Shown: positions 10,401 to 21,108, counted from the first letter of the stretch. The stretch: DNA of 64,000 nt from Alphaproteobacteria bacterium (GCA_964291265.2 OZ219747.1:2144001-2208000); one strand, 5' to 3'. Numbers and translations are program-made. The notes: a model not told the origin generated them from the letters alone.

Positions 10401-13400
10401 CGCAGACCACGTGCCGCTCGATGGCGCGGGCGGGGTCGATCCCGAGGATGCCGATGTCACGCGGTGGCGGCGTGACGCGGAGGCTCACCTGCGGCATATG
10501 CGCTCGCTCCTTGACACGGACGGTCCTCATGGTCCGTACATCGCCGCCATGCCGGAGGAGCGCGACGGGATCGTGACGGCGGGCCGGGAGGTCGTCGAGA
10601 GACTGGAGGCGCTTGACCGCGCCACGCTGCTGTGGCGGGTCTGCGGGATCGCTGGCCGGGCCCGCCTCGAGGACCGCCTGCCCCTCGACCTCGCGGAATG
10701 GTTCGGCACGCTGGGCGAGATCCGCCGTGCCGTCGATGCCGCCGCACCCGGCGATCCGGTGGGCCGCCATCTGGAACGCTGGCTGGCAGACGACGGGCGC
10801 TGGCGCCGCGACCGCCACCGCGTGGCGGAAGTCGTCGGCCTGCTGAGGGACCTCGAACGCTCAAGGCCTCGCTACGCGGACCTCCGTGGCGACGCCCAGA
10901 ATCGCCGGGCGTGGCGCGACGGGGCCGAAGCCCTGGACGGCGCCCTCGAGACCGTGGTCGCCCTTGCCGACCACGAGCGCAGAGCCCACCTCGCGGCCTG
11001 CGGCATGACGGCGCAGGCCTTCGCTTCCCTGGTCGGCGCCGTGCCCCTGTGGCGCGCCACCGACGCGGCCCTCGCCGGCCTCGACGACTGGTCGGGGCGG
11101 GCCGCCGAGGTGCTGCGCGAGGGCGGCGAGGGTCCGACCATCGCGCAGGAGGATGTCGAACGGGCTTACGCCCTGATCGAGGAGGGCAGGAAGCTTGTGG
11201 AGGAATGGGCCGCCCATCCCTCTCGCACGGGCGACATGGCGGGCGCCCGGGACGCCGTCGACAGCGTCGTCAGGCAGCTCGAGGCAGCCCGGTTGACGGC
11301 CGCATGTCAGGCGTTCGCCGCCCTCACCTGGTCCGTCAGCCGGGCCCATGAGGAAGGCGGCGTGCACCCCCTCGATGCGGCGGACTACCCCCGGCTCCTG
11401 GCGGCTCTGGAGGATCTCGCCGGACGCGAGGGCACGCCGCAGGCAACGCGCGACCTGATGGTCGACTGGCGGGACGCCGACGGCAGGTGGAGGCAGGAAC
11501 GCCGCGAGACCGAAGCCACCGTCGCCAGGGCCCGGGTCCTGGCGAAGACGGGGCCGGCGCCTGCGGCGGCGGACCATCCCGATGCGGACCATCCCGATGC
11601 CCAGGCCTGGCGCACCGAGGCGGCGGCAATGCTGACGGCTGCCCGGGCGATGTTGGCCGACAGGTCGCTGAAGGCCCGCCACCTCGATGCACTCGCCGAC
11701 GCCCGCCACGGCCTCGCTGCGGCAACGGCAACCATCGAGACGACCCTTGGAGCCCTGGACCGCGCCGCACTTCTGCAGCGGGTGAAGGAGATCGAGGACC
11801 GCGCCGAGGCCGCCGGGCGGCTCCCATGCGACCTCGCTGACTGGCCCGGCCTTCTCGAGGAGGTCTCCGCGGCGGTGGCCGACGGCGCACCGGCGGCTGG
11901 AACCGTGCGCGCGCTTGCCCGCCGGCTCGATGACGACAGGCGCTGGCGCCGTGACCGCGCCCGTCTCGCCAAAGCCCTTGCCCGCCTCGCGGAGGTCGAG
12001 ACGAACCGGCCCACGTTCGGCGGCTCAGGCGACGACCGTGCGGCCTGGCGCGCCGCGGCCCCGGCGGCGGCAGAGGAAGCCGGGGCGGCGATGGACGCCA
12101 TCCCCGAAGGCGAGCGCACCGCGCAGCTTCGCGCCCTCGGAACATCCCCCGATGCCTTCCGGCAACGCCTTGCCTCGGTGCCCTCCTGGATGGCGACGGA
12201 CGCCGCCCTCGATGTTCTCGCGGACTGGCGCCGCCGCGCCGGCCGCCTGGTGGGCGAGGCGGCGGAACCGGGTGATCCCCGCTGGCGCCGCGACGCCACG
12301 GCGCTCCTGGCCGAGGGACGCGCACTTCCCGGCGCGTGGAAGGCCGGCGGCCTGCCGGCTCGCGACATGGCGGGCGCCCGGGACGCCGTCGACAGCGTCG
12401 TCAGGCAGCTCGAGGCAGCCCGGTTGACGGCCGCATGCCAGGCGTTCGCCGCCCTCACCTGGTCCGTCAACCGGGCCCGCGAGGAAGGCGGCGTGCACCC
12501 CCTCGATGCGGCGGACTATCCCCGGCTCCTGGCGGCCCTGGATGATCTCGCCGAACACGAGGGCACGCCGCAGGCAACGCGCGACCTGATGGTCGACTGG
12601 CGGGACGCCGACGGCAGGTGGAGGGCGGAACGCCGCGAGACCGAAGCCACCGTCGCCAGGGCCCGGGTCCTGGCGAAGGCGGGGCCGGCGCCTGCGGCGG
12701 CGGACCATCCCGATGCCCGGGCCTGGCGCACCGAGGCGGCGGCATTGCTGACGGCCGCCCGGGCGATGCTGGCCGACAGGTCGCTGAAGGCCCGCCACCT
12801 CGATGCCCTCGCCGACGCCCGTCACGGCCTCGCTGCGGCAGCGGCAACCATCGAGACGACCTTCAGAGCCCTGGACCGCGCCGCACTTCTGCAGCGGGTG
12901 AAGGAGATCGAGGACCGTGCCGAGGCCGCCGGACGCCTGCCATGCGACCTCGCTGACTGGCCCGGCCTTCTCGAGGAGGTCTCCGCGGCGGTGGCCGACG
13001 GCGCGACGGCGGATGGAACCGTGCGCACGCTTGTCCGCCGGCTCGATGACGACAGGCGCTGGCGCCGTGACCGCGGCCGTCTCGCCAAAGCCCTTGCCCG
13101 CCTCGCGGAGGCCGAGGCGAACCGGCCCACGTTCGGCGGCTCAGGCGACGACCGTGTGGTCTGGCGCGCCGTGGCCCCGGCGGCGGCAGAGGAAGCCCGT
13201 GCGGCGATGGACGCCATCCCCGAAGGCGAGCGCACCGCGCAGCTTCGCGCCCTCGGAACATCCCCCGATGCCTTCCAGCAACGCCTTGCCTCGGTGCCCT
13301 CCTGGATGGCGACGGACGCCGCCCTCGATGTTCTCGCGGACTGGCGCCGCCGCGCCGGCCGCCTGGGCGAGGCGGCGGAACCGGGCGATGCCCTCTGGCG

Positions 13401-14721
13401 CCGCGACGCCGCGGCGCTCCTGGCCGAAGGTCGTGCACTCCCCGGCGCGTGGAAGGCCGGCGGCCTGCCGGCCCGCGACATGGCGGGCGCCGGGGATGTC
13501 GTCAAGACCGAGGCCGAGCGCATCGACGCCATGCTCCTCGGCGACAGCCTGCGGGCTCTCGTGCGCCGGGCAGACGCCATCAATGGGGAGGTGCGGGACC
13601 ATCATCGCCATCCCCTCGATTCGCCCCACATGGCGCCCCTGCGCGAGGCGCTGCGGCAGCTCCGGGACGATCCGCGCCTTACCGCGGAGGACCGGACCAC
13701 CGTCGGCGCGTGGCGCGAGACGCTCGATGGCTGGGACGGCGAACGCCAGCGGGTTCATGAGCTCGTCGCGGAGGCCCTGGCTCTCCAACCCGGCCTCCAG
13801 GGAAGCGCAGCGCTGTCCGACGCCTGGCGCCGCCGTGCCCGGATGCTGCTGGAGGCCGTGGAGGCAGGGTCGCTGAACCAGGAGGCCCACATCCGCGCCG
13901 CGGGCGCTTCGCCCCGGCGCCTCGCCTACATCGTGGCGGCACTCCCGGAACGCCTGGCCCAGGACGATGCGGTGCGCGAGGAGGCAGGCCGGACCCGCCA
14001 CCTCCTCGAGGTCCGCACCGCCATGCGGCAGCTGCGGGAGGCGCCGTTCGACGTCTCCCGCAGCGTCCGCTGGGACGGGACCGAGCCCCTGCTCCGCGGC
14101 GACCGGCTCAGCTGGGTCGACGCAGAGGGCCGCCACGACGCGGTTGTCGAGATGGTCAGCCACGTCACCGGCCCCGACGTCATCGATCGCCTGCGCATCC
14201 GTCCCGTCGGCGGCACAGAGACCCGCAGTCTCCACGCCGAGACGCTCCGCCCCCTTGCCGACAACGTCACCTGCCGGCGCCTCCTGTGGCCCGACGAGAC
14301 GCTGCGCCAGCGGGAACGCGACCGGCAGTATCCCGCCCGCAACGACGCCTTCCCCTTCGCCTGCGAGGAGAGGGTGCTACCGGGCGACAGGATACGCTGG
14401 ACCATGGTGCGGCATGCCGGCCCGGTCCAGCCCCCGCTCGAGGGCGACACCGCGCAGGTCGAGGCGATCGTCGAGGCCGTCGAGGCCGGCGTCAACGACG
14501 TGGTGGGAGACGGGGTGACGCTCCGCGTGGTCCGCTCCTGGGGGATGCAGGGAGCGCCTGCAGCCGGTTCGACGATCCGCCAGGACATGCGCTCCCTCTT
14601 CACGCGCGGATGCGTACGCGCGCCCTGGGATGACGAGACGGCGCGGGAGAGGCGCATGGCCGAGACGCTCCGGGAGATCGAGGCCCGCAGGCGTGGACGG
14701 TCCCGCGGCCTGTCGATGTAG
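7447..14721 (+). pseudogene. MOBF relaxase continuation: RecD-like SF1 helicase plus very long repeat-containing C-terminal extension
   Basis: FSGRRREI, GRAGSGKTT, VVDEASM, LVGDTAQL, STVHGAQG and YVEVSR motifs; ends RGRSRGLSM; open frame throughout. Confidence 0.9.
11231..13490 (+). repeat. Intragenic tandem repeats of 1,131 and 1,113 bp (~375 aa)
   Basis: gcgacatggcgggcgcc at 11231, 12362 and 13475; the two full units are near-identical; a diverged unit precedes them (~10150-11230). Confidence 0.93.
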
Positions 14722-14758
14722 GCGCCAGGCTCATGCTCCCCCGATGATCCCCTGCCGT

Positions 14759-15235
14759 TCAGGAAAAGAGATCCGGCTGGACCGTATCCGCGGCCCGCGG
14801 GCGCTCCGTCGTCGTTCTCCTGACGGAGGCCATGACGGCGGCCGCCTGCTCCTCGCCGAGGATCGAGGCCAGCTCGGCCTGGAGATCCTCCTCCCGGCCG
14901 CGGGCGATCATGTCCTTCGCCCACAGGTTGAACATCACCGCGACCCGCGCCTGGATGTCGGCCATCAGCGACGATGTGTCCTCATCGCCCTGCAGCAGCG
15001 AGAGCATCTCCCGGTGAAGCTCCAGGAGCTCCCGCTGCTGAACCCCGGCCAGCACCAGCGGCGGTCCCCTGTCGCCCTCGGCCCCGTCCCGGGCCGCCAG
15101 GCCCACGAGATAGCGGGCGATCGAGAGCCCGCGGCCTGCCGCTTGCGACCTCACCATCTCCCACTCGGCGTCCGTCGCCGAGACCGTCAGGTGCTTCGAC
15201 GGCGGCTTCTTCCGGCGACGCCGCCGCGGCCTCAT
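14759..15235 (-). CDS. Ribbon-helix-helix (MobC/NikA-like) protein 3
   Basis: LTVSATDAEWEMVRSQAAGRGLSIARYL pattern; ATGA-coupled to the upstream gene. Confidence 0.7.
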   Translation of the reverse strand: MRPRRRRRKKPPSKHLTVSATDAEWEMVRSQAAGRGLSIARYLVGLAARDGAEGDRGPPLVLAGVQQRELLELHREMLSLLQGDEDTSSLMADIQARVAVMFNLWAKDMIARGREEDLQAELASILGEEQAAAVMASVRRTTTERPRAADTVQPDLFS

Positions 15236-15525
15236 CGCCATCGGCTCATCACCGCCACCGCCGCAAGGAGGGTCAGGCCCTCCGTGCCGGGAAGCTCCCG
15301 GCGCAGGGCGCTTGCCACCTCCTGCAGGGTCCTCGTGCCCTCGAGGAACTCACGCTGATCCTCCGGCGACAGCACCAGGGGATGGATCTGCGGATCGTCG
15401 TCGCGGGCAAGGTCAAGCAGGTAGCCCGACACCGTCTTGCCGGCGGCCTTCGCCTTCCCGCGGATCATCTCCTGTTCCTCGGGCGGACAGTGCACGGAAC
15501 GCTGGCGCTTCAGCTGGCGCGTCAT
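15232..15525 (-). CDS. Ribbon-helix-helix (MobC/NikA-like) protein 2
   Basis: RSVHCPPEEQEMIRGKAKAAGKTVSGYL pattern; ATGA overlaps at both ends. Confidence 0.7.
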   Translation of the reverse strand: MTRQLKRQRSVHCPPEEQEMIRGKAKAAGKTVSGYLLDLARDDDPQIHPLVLSPEDQREFLEGTRTLQEVASALRRELPGTEGLTLLAAVAVMSRWR

Positions 15526-15860
15526 CCCCCGTCTCCCGCCGCCTTCCAGCGGTTGGCCGCTCCCGGATCGGTCAGGCGCGCCAGGACGCCCTCGCTCTCC
15601 AGCCAGGCGTTGACCGCCTCTCCGGCCTCCTCCCAGGCCTCCCCGGAGCCAGCCTCGCGCAGGCGCCGCTCTTCCAGGCGGGCCATGACGAGCACCTCCC
15701 GCACGGCCCGCCGCAGCACCTCCACCGGCAAGGCATCCGGCAACAGGGTGCGCTGCACGATGAAGCGGGAGAGCTCCATGCCGGCCGCACGGGCCGCCCG
15801 GGTGATGCGTTCCCACTCGGCGTCCGTCGCCATGACGGCGTGCTGGCGGCGGTCGGTCAT
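15522..15860 (-). CDS. Ribbon-helix-helix (MobC/NikA-like) protein 1
   Basis: HAVMATDAEWERITRAARAAGMELSRFI pattern. Confidence 0.7.
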   Translation of the reverse strand: MTDRRQHAVMATDAEWERITRAARAAGMELSRFIVQRTLLPDALPVEVLRRAVREVLVMARLEERRLREAGSGEAWEEAGEAVNAWLESEGVLARLTDPGAANRWKAAGDGG

Positions 15861-16222
15861 GGCGCCGTGACCAGCGTTGACTGGGGAAACACATGCGCCG
15901 GATGAGGGCCGATCAGAGATGTCATTGTCCTGTGCTCATCCTGCATGGCGATATCGAAGCCCCTTCTTGTGTTGTTCTTGTGGCGCGCTGATATGTTTCT
16001 GTTGCGTCATCCTGGACGGCCGTGAGGGATCTGGCAAGCGGACAGTCGTGGCCGTTCTACTTCCCTGGGTGCAACAATTTAACGACATCGGAACGACACC
16101 GCGTTGTTCCGGCGCGATCGAAAATTCCCTTGCACTGTCCCGTAACCTGTTGTAGAAGGGCCGGGAAGTGAGAGATGACGTTTGGTTGCCGTTGGCCGGT
16201 TGGTGTCGTTACCGACGGTTCT

Positions 16223-18588
16223 TGTGCTTACACCATAGCCGTGGGGTGATCCAATATGACATGATGCCTATATTGGAGCAGTCCAGGCCATGAACACGCT
16301 CGCAATGCACCCTCCCGAAGCCGTCCAGATCGGAACCTCGTGCTTCTCCCTTGCCGACCTCGACGGACAGACCGTCTACTTCTCGAACATGGAGCCCTTC
16401 GACTGCCACGACGAGGGCGACCGGCCGGCCATGCTGCTGCGGATCGTCAGGTTCGCCAGGCACGGCGTTCCTCAAGGAGACCTGCAGGCGGCCTTCGACG
16501 TGAGCCGCGCGACCGTGCAGCGGGCGGTGAGGAAGCTCCGGGACGAGGGCGAAGCGAGCTTCTACGAGCCACGCAAGGGCCGTGGTCTCAGCGTGATCAC
16601 AGGCGAGACGGCAGCCGCGGCGAACCGTCTCCTGGCCGAGGGCATGAACGCCGCGGCACTGGCCCGGGAACTGGGGATCGCGAGATCGACGGCGTACTAC
16701 AACCTCAGCAACGGCTTCATCGGCGGCGGAGAGCGGCCGCAGGCGGCGCAAGTCGACGAGGCCACGCGATGCCCGGACGATCTTCTCGGCCGCGGCGAAC
16801 GGGACCGTCGCGACAGGGTCGCGCCGATGGGGCGCGGCGCGCGCGACAGCGCCGGGCGCGTCGCGGCCTCGACGGGAGCCATGAATGAAGCGCCGCCGCG
16901 CTTCGACGAGCCACTCTCGGCGGTCGCCGGCGGCGGCGTCCTGGCGGCGCTGCCGGCGCTGCTGAAGGAGGGTCTCCTGGAGCACGCGGACAGGTTCCTG
17001 TCGCTGCCGAAAGGGTACTATGGGCTGACGAGCGTGCTTCTCATGCTCGCCTTCCTGTTCATGGCCCGGATCCGCAACCCCGAGGCGCTGCGCCACGAGG
17101 CGCCCGGAGAACGGGGCGCGGTCCTGGGGCTCGACCGCTGCCCGGAGGTCAAGACGCTGCGGCGCAAGATCAGGGCGCTGGCGAGCGACCCGCAGCGGGT
17201 CCGGGACTGGCAGGACGCGCTGGCGAAGGACTGGATCGCGGGCGCGCCGGATGTCTGCGCGACACTGTCGGTGGACGGGCACGTGAAGGTATATTCGGGC
17301 CGCAAGGGTCGCCTGCCGAAGCACTTCGTGTCACGTCAGAAGCTCTGTCTGCCGGCCTCGACAGGCTATTGGGTCAACGCGCTCGGCGGCCGGCCGCTCC
17401 TGTGCCTGCACAAGGACCTCGACCCGACCATGACGCACGCGCTGGAGCACGACATCCTGCCCGCGCTGGAGCGGCTCGGCCTGCCGGGGCCGGAGGCGCT
17501 GAACCTCGCCAGGGGAGAGGCGGTCGCGCCGGGGCTGACGCTGGTGTTCGACCGCGAGGGCTGGAGCCCGGCGCTGTTCGCCCGCCTCGCCCGGCGCGGG
17601 GTGGCGGTGATCACCTGGCACAAGGGGTTCCGGAGCGATCCCTGGCCACAGGGAGAGTTCCGCACGGTCCGGGCGCCGCTCCACTCACCAGGTGGCGTCC
17701 GCACCGCCGAGGTGCGGCTCGCACAGAGACGGATCACGCTGTCCGGCGGACCGCAGGTGCGCCAGATCCGGCGTCTTCTGGACAGCGGCCGGCAGGTGCC
17801 GCTGATTACCACGGACATGCACACGCCCATGGAGCGGGTCGCCGGCGCGCTGTTCTCGCGCTGGTCCCAGGAGAACTTCTTCAAGTACATGCGCCAGGAG
17901 TTCGGCCTCGACGCGCTGGCCGTGCACGGCCTTGTCGAGCAGGACCCCGAAGCGCGCGTCGTCCATCCGCACTGGCGCCGCTGCGACCGCCGCATCCGCC
18001 AGCTGCGCCAGAAGCTCGGCACACTGCGCAACCGCGTCGCCGACCTGCTCAAGGGCGCCCCGTCCGACACCGCCATCACGGCCGCCGCAACGCTGCAGGA
18101 CAAGATCGTGACGCTCGACGCCGAGCACGAGGCGCTCAAGGTCCGGCGTTCAGAAATCCCGAAACATGTCACCGTGGCCGAGCTCGACGAGAACGACAGG
18201 CTCGACGCCCTGCCCTCCAGCGAGAGGCTGCTGCTCGACATCGTTCGCATGATCGCCTACCGCGCCGAAACCCGGATGATGGCCGCCGTCGCCCAGGCCC
18301 AGGGCGCAAAGCAGCGCCCGCGACGCCCTCTCGCCGAACTGTTCCAGTCGGACGCCGACATCATCCCCGATCAGGAAAACCGCGTCCTGCGGGTGCGCTT
18401 CCTCGGCACCGCCAGCAACGCGCGCGACGCCGACATCGCCGGACTGCTCGATGAACTCAACCAGACACGCACGATCTTCCCAGGAACCGACCTGCGCATG
18501 ATCTACGACATGCCAGACAACCCACCCAAACTCGGCCCAGAAGCATCAAACTGATTGGACAAATTCATAGCCGAGGTCAGGACGTCTG
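16223..18588 (+). mobile_element. IS element copy 1 (754-aa transposase), left IR missing
   Basis: Near-identical to the element at 50633-55434; right IR GAGGTCAGGACGTCTG at 18573-18588; homology begins only at ~16223. Confidence 0.85.
16290..18554 (+). CDS. Large DDE-type transposase (family not confidently assigned)
   Basis: Two N-terminal HTHs; VDGHVKVY, LVFDREG and RWSQENFFK motifs; multicopy and IR-flanked. Confidence 0.82.
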   Translation: MNTLAMHPPEAVQIGTSCFSLADLDGQTVYFSNMEPFDCHDEGDRPAMLLRIVRFARHGVPQGDLQAAFDVSRATVQRAVRKLRDEGEASFYEPRKGRGLSVITGETAAAANRLLAEGMNAAALARELGIARSTAYYNLSNGFIGGGERPQAAQVDEATRCPDDLLGRGERDRRDRVAPMGRGARDSAGRVAASTGAMNEAPPRFDEPLSAVAGGGVLAALPALLKEGLLEHADRFLSLPKGYYGLTSVLLMLAFLFMARIRNPEALRHEAPGERGAVLGLDRCPEVKTLRRKIRALASDPQRVRDWQDALAKDWIAGAPDVCATLSVDGHVKVYSGRKGRLPKHFVSRQKLCLPASTGYWVNALGGRPLLCLHKDLDPTMTHALEHDILPALERLGLPGPEALNLARGEAVAPGLTLVFDREGWSPALFARLARRGVAVITWHKGFRSDPWPQGEFRTVRAPLHSPGGVRTAEVRLAQRRITLSGGPQVRQIRRLLDSGRQVPLITTDMHTPMERVAGALFSRWSQENFFKYMRQEFGLDALAVHGLVEQDPEARVVHPHWRRCDRRIRQLRQKLGTLRNRVADLLKGAPSDTAITAAATLQDKIVTLDAEHEALKVRRSEIPKHVTVAELDENDRLDALPSSERLLLDIVRMIAYRAETRMMAAVAQAQGAKQRPRRPLAELFQSDADIIPDQENRVLRVRFLGTASNARDADIAGLLDELNQTRTIFPGTDLRMIYDMPDNPPKLGPEASN

Positions 18589-18836
18589 AAGGTTGCCCCG
18601 GCATGCGCCGTACGTCCTTCCCCAGGTTGTCTCGGACGCCCCGCACACCTTCACTGACGACAGTTGCAACTCGCCAGCCGTCCGCTCACCGTCGATCAGC
18701 GCGATCCTCTTCGCGCACGGACGTAGTGTTCCAGGACACCATTCTCGGGAGTCTGATCGGCCAGGATCAGGTCGCGTCGCAGTTCAAGGACGCCGACGAT
18801 GAACGTGTCTGAGGATACCCGGCGCCTGGCAGAGGA

Positions 18837-18881
18837 AGCGGTTCTCCGCCAATATCCCGCCGTTCTGAATCGCCGCCGACA
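18837..18881 (+). repeat. Orphan copy of the IS21 element right end
   Basis: 45 bp matching 7396-7440 with one mismatch, ending GCCGACA. Confidence 0.92.
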
Positions 18882-19131
18882 TCAAGCACATAATGCTTCC
18901 GTACATGGGTACATTGTGAAGCCCGACAAATCCAACAAGCGACGCAAGATCAATGAATTGCCGCGGCTGTCAGCTGGAACGTTCGGAACTTCGGGTCAGT
19001 GACGGCCGGAGCGCCGTGACTGACCAGAGTCTTGTCGGACTGCTTGCACCCCGGGAATCAACACCACGGCTCGCCCCCAAAGCCCGGACAAACGAATTCT
19101 CGCCACGACACCACCTGCAACTCCGAAAGCC

Positions 19132-19281
19132 TCACAGCGCACCTGCCTCGTGGTTGACCGGATGATGCCGGTCGCCGTCAGCACAGACAAGCTGACCGTC
19201 CTTGAGGTGAACGCGTGTGCCGCAGTGGCAGGCACACATGCAGCAGGTGGTGGTGACGATATCGTCGACCGTCACCGGCAT
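19132..19281 (-). pseudogene. Molybdopterin oxidoreductase N-terminal fragment (SoeA-like Fe-S motif)
   Basis: TTTCCMCACHCGTRVHLKDG...DRHHPVN matches the TCxxCxxxC...HPVN motif; truncated after ~50 codons. Confidence 0.7.
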
Positions 19282-19377
19282 GCAGCCGATGCGCTGCTCA
19301 ATTCCGGCGGCCGGTCTACGCCACGGATTTCTGCGACATGGGCTCATCTTCAGGCATGGAGCCGGATGCACGTGTCA

Positions 19378-21048
19378 TCAAGGACGGGCCTGGACATGGG
19401 GATAGTCCACTGCGGCCCGTTCCGGGGTGGTCAGTCCTTCGGCAAGGTCATGCCTGATCGCTTCGACGGGGCGGTCGCCGGGCCGGCCGTAGCCGCCGCC
19501 ACCGCCGGTGTGAATGGCGAGAACATCCCCCTTGCGCAAGGTCATCCCGGCCTTGGATCTGACCGGTATGACCTCTCCGTCGCGCAGTACGTGGCACGAG
19601 CCGGGGACACCGTCTCCACCACCATGGAGTCCTGCAGGAGCGATGCGGAACCGATCAGCATAGATGGCAAAGATCACGTCGTCGCGGATGATCTCGTAGG
19701 CGCGGGTAAATCCCAGTCCGCCCCGGCAGCGGCCGGCGCCCCCTGAGTCGGAAAGCAGCGTGTAGTCGATGACCCGGAAGTAGTCGTATTCCATGTCCAG
19801 GGCCTCGACGGGCGCGTTGGAACAGTTCGACAGGGGACTGTCGATGGCGTCGCACCCGTCGGCTTCCGAAGACGCTCCGTAACCGCCGCCGAAGATCTCC
19901 ACGTACACCTTGTAACCGCTATCCGTGGGACGGGAGAGAGCGAAGACGGCGGTGGTGTCGAACCCGCAGGCGATCACGCGGTCGGGGGCGGCCGAAGCCA
20001 GGGCCTTCATCACCGCATTGAAGACGCGATAGGCTGGTTCCATGCGCGCCCTCACGGGTGCAGGAGGCTTCGGATTGAGCAGGGACCCGTAGGGGGCGGT
20101 GATGTTGAAAGGCCTCTTCACTCCTTCGTTGAAGGGGACATCGGCGCTTGTCAGCACCGATTTGACACAGGCCAGCGCAGCCGAGACCGTGGAGGAAAAG
20201 GGACAGTTGAGGTTGCGCCCCACCTGGGGCGCCGTGCCTTCGAAGGAGATGTCGAGACGATCGCCCTCGATGGTCACCTGGGCCTTGACCGGCAACGGAC
20301 GGTCGTCGATGCCGTCGTCATCCACTGCATCTTCGCCCTCGTAGGTGCCGTTGGGGATGGTGGCGATCGATGCCCGGACCCGGCGTTCCGAGTAGTCAAG
20401 CAGTTCTGCCATGGCCTGGGTGACCGCCTCCGGGCCGAACTTCGTGGTCAGTTCCTTCAGGCGCAAGCCACCAATGGCGTTGGCGGCAAACTGTGCATTG
20501 AAATCTCCGATGGTGAGCTGGGGTACGCGGATGTTTGCCGCCACGAGGCGCTCGAAGCAGCCGCCGTTCCAGTCGCGTTCCAGATTGTAGCACGAGGGAG
20601 GGATCTGCAGACCTTCCTGATAGATGTCCGAGGCATCGGCGTTCAGTCCCGGGGCGCCACCGCCCAGATCGAGATGGTGTGCCACCGAGGCGCCAAAGCC
20701 GATGATCCGGTTCTCGAAGAAGATGGGCGAAAAGATGAAGACATCGGGAAGGTGCTGACCGCCGTTGAAGGGATCATTAGTGATGTAGAAGTCCCCCGGC
20801 TCCAGGGAATCGACCGGGTGTGTCTCGGCGCAAGGAACGAAGGTCATCTTCATCGGACCGAGTTGCATGGGGATGAGTTCGGCCTGTGCGACGACATTTC
20901 CGTGCCGGTCGAGCAACGCGGCCGAGGCGTCCTGCGCTTCCCTGACAATCGTCGAGTAGGCGCTGCGAATGAGTTTGGCGCCCATCTCCCTTGCCGCCGC
21001 GATGATACCCTGGCTGATGACCGCATAGTCCACAGGATCGAGTGACAT
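19378..21048 (-). CDS. Hydantoinase B / 5-oxoprolinase beta subunit family protein
   Basis: RSAYSTIVRE, NDPFNGGQHLPD, HHLDLGG, DSGGAGRCRGG and TGGGGGYG motifs. Confidence 0.92.
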   Translation of the reverse strand: MSLDPVDYAVISQGIIAAAREMGAKLIRSAYSTIVREAQDASAALLDRHGNVVAQAELIPMQLGPMKMTFVPCAETHPVDSLEPGDFYITNDPFNGGQHLPDVFIFSPIFFENRIIGFGASVAHHLDLGGGAPGLNADASDIYQEGLQIPPSCYNLERDWNGGCFERLVAANIRVPQLTIGDFNAQFAANAIGGLRLKELTTKFGPEAVTQAMAELLDYSERRVRASIATIPNGTYEGEDAVDDDGIDDRPLPVKAQVTIEGDRLDISFEGTAPQVGRNLNCPFSSTVSAALACVKSVLTSADVPFNEGVKRPFNITAPYGSLLNPKPPAPVRARMEPAYRVFNAVMKALASAAPDRVIACGFDTTAVFALSRPTDSGYKVYVEIFGGGYGASSEADGCDAIDSPLSNCSNAPVEALDMEYDYFRVIDYTLLSDSGGAGRCRGGLGFTRAYEIIRDDVIFAIYADRFRIAPAGLHGGGDGVPGSCHVLRDGEVIPVRSKAGMTLRKGDVLAIHTGGGGGYGRPGDRPVEAIRHDLAEGLTTPERAAVDYPHVQARP

Positions 21049-21108
21049 AACTCTCATCTCCCTTCCACAGCCGTACCATGCCAAGCGTGATGGCACCATG
21101 CTCGGTGG

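Noticed and set aside
7366-10818. Long antisense ORFs (1,150 aa here; also 861 aa at 27580, 836 aa at 51660 and others)
   Set aside because: Shadow frames of GC-rich genes with no recognisable motifs.
15937-16015. CATCCTG motifs as the oriT nick site
   Set aside because: This is a MOBP-type consensus while the relaxase is MOBF; it is short enough to occur by chance and no adjacent hairpin was identified.
1512-18881. A self-transmissible ICE
   Set aside because: No coupling protein, VirB4 or mating-pair genes and no intact integrase in the window; at most mobilisable, and the relaxase is interrupted.
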